A stretch of DNA of 62,695 bases from Blastocystis sp. subtype 4. Its lineage: Eukaryota. Below, one piece after another: positions 54,701-62,695 of this stretch. A program made the translations under genes and the position numbers. The stretch is taken from NCBI RefSeq assembly GCF_000743755.1, contig NW_014569522.1, positions 1 to 62,695 on the forward strand, in the 5' to 3' direction. Numbering within the stretch: the stretch's first letter is position 1; each line of letters opens with the position of its first letter. The notes beneath the pieces are model-generated. The model searched no databases. It saw nothing but the letters and a program-made list of their open reading frames with translations, and was not told the DNA's origin.

Positions 54701-55793
54701 AGCCACACTTGCTTTACGTTCTGGCTGTTGAGCTGGAGGTTTGATTTGATCAACCACACTTGCCTTACGCTCTGATTGAATAGTAGCATTCATCCCTGCT
54801 TCCTCAACCGTTTCATTGGCAGTTTCATTTGTATCATCAAATGCCTTCCTTTTCAGTAATTCCAAAACTACACTTGCAAATTGGTGCTCCTGTTTCATTC
54901 GATCCTTCGGCATGTATATTCCCAAAGGAGTAATTCGTCGACTGAAATGATCTTCACTGCTTCGACTCATTGCACTAGCTCGAATACTTGAACGATAATG
55001 GGAAGGAAATGAAGTTAGCGTACTCTCGGGAACTTCATTGGCATCTGGTTGGAACTCAGAAGGAATGGTTGAAATAGTCTCCAGAGGGATGGAAGATTTG
55101 TCCGGAGAGTCTTCAGGAATAGGACTTGGAGTACGAGAACGTGTAATAATTACATGAGAAGGACGAGGAGCAACTCGAGATGTCGACTGATAAGTGGAAC
55201 GAGAGTGACTCCGATTAACCTTTCGCTTAAAATCAGATATTACACATAATCGTACTTTTGCAACAGATCTACGACGTTCTATTGGTGTATCTTGATTCTC
55301 AGGTATACGATCATACTTCATGCCAAAGTCATTCTTTTGAAAGTACTTCTGAGCATGTGTACGGATTTGAATGAGTGTTCTTGTTGGTACCTATACTAAA
55401 ACAGCCCACTATCATTTACTATGGTGGAAATCTTTCTCCAATCCTTGCCATACAGATCTAATCCCTTTAAAAACAAACTATGTTCTTGTGCTGTCCAGCG
55501 ACCAATATTGTTTCCTGCCTCACCTTGTTGCACCTCAATTCCATTTCCATCAATATCAACATCCTAAAACTCAACAAATTGCATCTACATGATACCCTTA
55601 TTGGATCCGTTGGAGATAAATCCTCCTGCGGAGTCATTTCCTCACTCCCCTCCTCCTCTTTCGGAGTTTCCAAGATTGGGGGACCTTCGGTAATCTGGTT
55701 CGTCGATACTTCTCCAGAAGCAGCGGTTAGTTGTTGAGCAGATTCAGTCGAATTCTTTGTAGTATCATCCAACTGTTGGTTCTCTTCTTCCAT
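51703..55793 (-). CDS. Myb(SHAQKYF)-ankyrin-class II histone deacetylase-PHD finger multidomain protein
   Basis: GRWTAQEH...RTHAQKYF; ankyrins (GFTPLMTA, GNTALMWA, GNSPLHLA); HDAC RPPGHHAG, GFCVFNN, DIDVHHGNGT, FYPGTG, GFD, LEGGY; PHD YCGC...MIEC...CGGWVHFSC...FICKWC. Confidence 0.88.
54105..54194. repeat. Intronic tandem repeat, ~3 x 31 bp (TCATCAGAATCAGTCCAGTCAATCACTCACT)
   Basis: Near-identical units start at 54105, 54136 and 54167. Confidence 0.9.
54579..54774 (-). repeat. Coding tandem repeat, ~4 x 48-51 bp (ERKASVADQIKPPAQQP)
   Basis: Visible in both DNA and the translation of ORF 54356..55321. Confidence 0.9.
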
Positions 55794-55816
55794 TTCAAAA
55801 TGAATCCTTCAATACT

Positions 55817-56569
55817 ATGGCACGGTAAGCATCCAAACACCTTCATTCGAAAAATGATACGCTTACTTACTTTGGATATAAGCTTCAAACCAAATGGATT
55901 CTAAACCACAAATGCAATAATTGTGGATTCAAGATACTAAATCAGAATAATGGAATCCAAGGAAATAGGCTAAAAATGCAATTCAAAAAATGGTCGACGC
56001 TCGACTGGACAGTTGTGTTGAAGAAAACCCTGACAAGGAAGTTGAAGTCGCCAAATGGGCAGATGAACAGGTACTTTTGGGGATTGTTGGTGAAGATGAA
56101 GGTTGCTAATGAAATAAAGCGACTCAAAACCTATGATCAGCACTGTCTGCCTGTAAAAGTAAAGAATATATCCTTTTGGATGTAATTATATGAATGAGTG
56201 TCTTTCATTGCAAACAGCTATTGTATGTGAAGATGAAGTCTATGTGAATCGAGTGGAGTGCAATACAGCGTTTGACTTTGATCGTGTGGAGAGAATCTTG
56301 ATTTCAGAACCTATTCCTTGTCCAGTAAAATCTGGATATAGTTATGTAGGAGTCGATATTGGTATTGATTCTAGGTACATGTGATACTCTTTTGCCAGAA
56401 CATTCCTCTCATTTTACCATATTTCTACAATGAATCTTATACACAAAAAGGTTTGGATTTGCGAGAATGGTTATTTATCAATAACAAACTCAAATCAACT
56501 CGTCTCAATGTGGATCAGTTTGATGAAGCTTGTTTCTTTTTGTTTCATAAATCATGTGAACTGCACTAG
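55817..56569 (+). CDS. Hypothetical protein (exon structure uncertain)
   Basis: Chain of short ORFs separated by ~30-nt intron-like segments; no recognisable domain. Confidence 0.4.
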
Positions 56570-57086
56570 AGTCTTTTTCTCTATAGTACTTGTCGATCAA
56601 TTCCATTTCCTTAAAACCGACTGATTGATAGAAACGAAGAGTGTCATTATTTGTTGCATGAATGTTACATTAAGAAGCCTACTCAAATTGACATGAAAGA
56701 TATATACAAGTCGATGATGGTAACATCCAACTGAGTAACTCGATGAAAGAGTATTTGAATTAATGATGATCCGATCCCTTGGTGACGATAAACTGCTTTT
56801 ACAGCTAAGGCAATAATCTCAACACGATCTTCCGATTTCCTGCAGATCAATGCTCCAATAACCTTTTGCTTCAAGACGGCTACATTCAAAAGTGTTATCC
56901 AGATCTACCAGCAAGTTGAAGTGTTGGATTCTGTCTTATAACTCTTCGATAGAATTGAGTAGATTGTTTGCTACTCATAATCGTATTCTAGAGTAAAAGT
57001 CGCTGATTCATACATACGAGCAAGTGGATAGTTTCATCAACCATATCATCTCCTAATTGCTCAATTCGCACGTTTTGAGTCGACAT
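56505..57086 (-). CDS. GNAT acetyltransferase, Naa50/RimI-like
   Basis: VIGALICR, EIIALAVKAVYRHQGIGSSLI, NNDTLRFYQSVGF...DKYY. Confidence 0.82.
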
Positions 57087-57359
57087 GGAATGAATCGTGC
57101 CATTCTTTGTAATTGTCGTGTTCCTGTTTAGAAACGATGTTTTTTTCCCAGTTTAATTCCATGTTTCCAATAATCACTTCGAAACTGCTCTTGGTTATTT
57201 TCGCGAAGAAGTCATTTCACTACATTGAAATTGGATCGTGTATCCAATTATCATAATTTGTTGCAATGACGAAGTGGAATACGGTTTTCTTTCCGGTTCA
57301 AAGGGGAGCCGAAAGACCCGGGAATTCACAAATTGTCTCGATGTCTCACATTTTTGTTG

Positions 57360-59919
<2,560 letters not shown>

Positions 59920-60057
59920 TATGTTTGTTGAGTATACCCTCTCTGTTGAGATGAATTGATTATTATTGCTTTCTGATCAATTTTGAAACGTTAATGAAAT
60001 GAAACTGAGTATGCAGTAGATTCGGATATCTGTCTAACAAACAACTATGTGGTTCAA

Positions 60058-60606
60058 TTATTTAGTTGGTTGTTTAGGCAGCGTTTTCTTGCTTTTAGAA
60101 CAGGATACAATAGCTGCTATCAATACAATGATAAAGAAACCACCACCAAAACCAAGAAGAAAGTATAAACCGTACTCTTCTATGAATGATGGTGCCTCCG
60201 TAGTTGGAATAATGACAGGGAATAGATTGGATCTCATAAAGAAGTCAATATCAGCTAGATACCCAGTGAGCAATGTTCCATAGACAACTCGTTGACCTCC
60301 ATATGTCAATTCAATATAAGAATTTGCAGACCAACCATCACCATACTCATCCATAAGTCTTAGAGTGTAGGTACGACCAGGAGTCAAACATACATTGTAA
60401 TAGTCATATGCATTACCTCTGTATGTCATTGTTAGAAGGTTTATTGATCCAGATCTGAGTACTGCTGTTTCTTCTCGTGGGTCGGTTGTATAGTGCCTTG
60501 TAACTCTCACAGAATAAGAACCCGATGAGCAACTCATAACGACTATCTCTAAGCGACTCAACCAACTCTGACCTGCTATCATAAGAAGTGGATAAAGGAA
60601 CTTCAT
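60058..60606 (-). CDS. Small single-pass membrane protein with D-x-YGDGW beta-rich ectodomain
   Basis: VCLTPGRTYTLRLMDEYGDGWSANSY, TM segment and basic tail. Confidence 0.7.
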   Translation of the reverse strand: MKFLYPLLMIAGQSWLSRLEIVVMSCSSGSYSVRVTRHYTTDPREETAVLRSGSINLLTMTYRGNAYDYYNVCLTPGRTYTLRLMDEYGDGWSANSYIELTYGGQRVVYGTLLTGYLADIDFFMRSNLFPVIIPTTEAPSFIEEYGLYFLLGFGGGFFIIVLIAAIVSCSKSKKTLPKQPTK

Positions 60607-60935
60607 GAAATAAAAGAATATGCTTATCAGGGTAATGAATTCCTAACAATATTATTATCCAATCAATCATCTTGTCAAAGTGACTTCATCGTTAACAAAA
60701 GTACCAAATTTATATCAGTTTATTTGATAAGAAACTGTCTACTTCCTTATATCCTGCGTATATCGAAAATTAGTGATAAAACAAGTTGTGCTACTGAAAT
60801 GTGTGATGATAACTTGATACTGTGGCTAAATGACAATCTACTCAATAGACATGTTAGCTAAGCAGATATAGAAACACTAAGATAGTTGTTTGAAGAAAGA
60901 AACAAAGGAACTGGTGAATATAGCAAGCGGAAGGA

Positions 60936-62027
60936 TTATGCCAAACTTACAACAAGTGCTATTAAACCAATAAAAAAAAGATAGAGAGATAAAATCGCAC
61001 AACTATAGCAATTATCACTACCATTTGTCCCATTATTCCAAGTTCCCTGTCTCACCACATTTCCATTCTTATCATACTCCTTTCCCTGTCCATTCTTTAA
61101 CCCATTCTTCCATTCACCAATATATTGTGGATATCCATCACAATACAAAGTTCCTTCACCATTTCTCATTCCCTCTTCAAAATGACCAATGTACAAAGCA
61201 GATTCACCATCACTCATATACTCACTCCCTTCACCATTCCTTAGATAACCCTTAGTCTTATCTAGCACATATCCTCCTTGATATACTCGTTTCCCTTTAT
61301 CGTCATATTCAATCATTACGTCTTCTTTGAACTCGCACAACAACAATAATCTTTCATCATTCTTATATTGATACTTCTTCGAACATACACCATTTTCATA
61401 CTCATAACAGATTCCTTCTTTATGTGTTCGATCAGCAGTGTATTGGGATGTGGTAAGAGTGTTTCCATTTGCATCGATCTCATCATAGTATCCATCGATT
61501 TGTTCACTCTTCTTCAAATCACTAATCAAGAGGCCATTCCGATAGAAGCATCGACTCAATTCCAAACCCTTATCATCGAATTCGATAAACAAACCACTCT
61601 TTCGTCCTTCATGCAAACAACCTTTGCTTATAATACGGCCTAACCTATTCCTTTCTGTTAATTCTCCCTCTGCTATGTCATTCACAAAACAGAGTTCCAT
61701 AAACACTATGTTGTTCTCTCGATAGATCACTCCCTTCCCTTCCTTCTTTCCATTCTTCATATTCACTTTCATTTTATATCCTTCATACTTTCCTGAGTAA
61801 AAGATCGTTGCATTTCCTTCATCGCGTTTGGTAGGATCCGCCATTTCAACACTCTTAACATGGAAATCACTCATTAATGTCGTTCCCGAAGACAGTTCTG
61901 TCAGTTCAATGTTAGTAATCATAATGAAAATTATACTGACAAAATGGCAATCTGTTATGAATTCATTATCGATCCAAAACACTATTATAGGCATCCTATT
62001 CATCATCAGTTTGAATTTTGAATTCAT
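60936..62027 (-). CDS. MORN-repeat protein with C-terminal TM anchor
   Basis: YIGHFEEGMRNGEG, YIGEWKNGLKNGQG repeats; hydrophobic C-terminus. The true start may be downstream of 62027. Confidence 0.8.
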   Translation of the reverse strand: MNSKFKLMMNRMPIIVFWIDNEFITDCHFVSIIFIMITNIELTELSSGTTLMSDFHVKSVEMADPTKRDEGNATIFYSGKYEGYKMKVNMKNGKKEGKGVIYRENNIVFMELCFVNDIAEGELTERNRLGRIISKGCLHEGRKSGLFIEFDDKGLELSRCFYRNGLLISDLKKSEQIDGYYDEIDANGNTLTTSQYTADRTHKEGICYEYENGVCSKKYQYKNDERLLLLCEFKEDVMIEYDDKGKRVYQGGYVLDKTKGYLRNGEGSEYMSDGESALYIGHFEEGMRNGEGTLYCDGYPQYIGEWKNGLKNGQGKEYDKNGNVVRQGTWNNGTNGSDNCYSCAILSLYLFFIGLIALVVSLA

Positions 62028-62374
62028 TGAAGTGGAATAATGAGCTACATTAGTATGATACCCTCATTGATGAATTCTATCAGTAATCGCCTTTATTAAT
62101 CAATATAACTCCAGATACCACTAACAGAGCGAGTTCAACATCTACCGACATCGAATCACAATCACCTTAAATGAGTAATATTTGAGCTGCCTGTGGCTAT
62201 GGATCTTTATCAAGCATTATCTACCCTTTTTTCAATCAGATCGACACAAAAACGGTAAGAAAACCAGTTCAGAGTGATCATTGGCTGTTATATTTGTTCA
62301 CCAATAATTGTATATTCGAATGTGCGTCATTCATTGAGTGTTAATCTATTCATAATTATATTGTACGTGAGTAA

Positions 62375-62695
62375 ATGAAGTCGATTGTTTTCGTTCTCTT
62401 TGCTGTCGCTCTCTCTATGAGCCTTCGCAGCGATTTCTCTGCCTTCGAGGCCAGATATGGAAAGAACTATCTTCCTTCTGAGAGAGCCTTCCGTGCTAAG
62501 GTTTTCGAGTACAACATGAAGTGGGCTGCTAAGATTAACGCTGAGGGTCATTCTTACACCGTCGGTGCTACTCCTTTCGCTGATATGACTAACACTGAGT
62601 TCGCCACCTCTAAGATGTGCGGATGCATGCTGAAGCCTACCATGACTAAGCCTGCTACTCCCATTATGGATGCTGCTCTTGAGGAGGTTGACTGG
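62375..62695 (+). CDS. Papain-family (C1A) cysteine protease, 5' part (signal peptide + I29 propeptide), truncated by the window end
   Basis: MKSIVFVLFAVALS; ERAFRAKVFEYN (ERFNIN-like), GATPFADMTNTEF (GNFD-like), EEVDW mature start. Confidence 0.92.
   Translation, partial: MKSIVFVLFAVALSMSLRSDFSAFEARYGKNYLPSERAFRAKVFEYNMKWAAKINAEGHSYTVGATPFADMTNTEFATSKMCGCMLKPTMTKPATPIMDAALEEVDW

Overview
Gene-dense, AT-rich eukaryotic nuclear DNA with many ~30-nt GT-AG introns, very short intergenic spacers and a TGTTTGTT-type motif just downstream of most gene ends. These traits point to the anaerobic gut stramenopile Blastocystis (inferred from sequence style, not verified). I can support about 35 protein-coding genes, mostly intron-split and therefore fragmented in the ORF track, plus one tRNA-Ala(AGC). 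They include xylulokinase, PIG-A, an AlkD-like glycosylase, a BRO1/ALIX protein, a WW-cyclophilin, Rab6, a TALE homeobox gene, Nup93, a Tpr-like protein, RPS25, a bacterial-type FabI, AAR2, a CENP-C-like cupin, TMEM94, Wee1, an ankyrin-DHHC protein, a Myb-ankyrin-HDAC-PHD fusion, a CaMK and a papain-family protease. The strongest signal is that many genes lack a genomic stop codon at their expected C-terminus. Instead, the base 5 nt upstream of the motif is an in-frame T, TA or TG, so polyadenylation would complete UAA or UGA. This mechanism is already described for Blastocystis. Further points: genomic stops often sit in the same register, convergent genes share back-to-back motifs, there is a Cys-rich secreted repeat family, some domain fusions are unusual, and one intron appears to be GT-GG. 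Gene boundaries were spliced by eye, so start codons are approximate.
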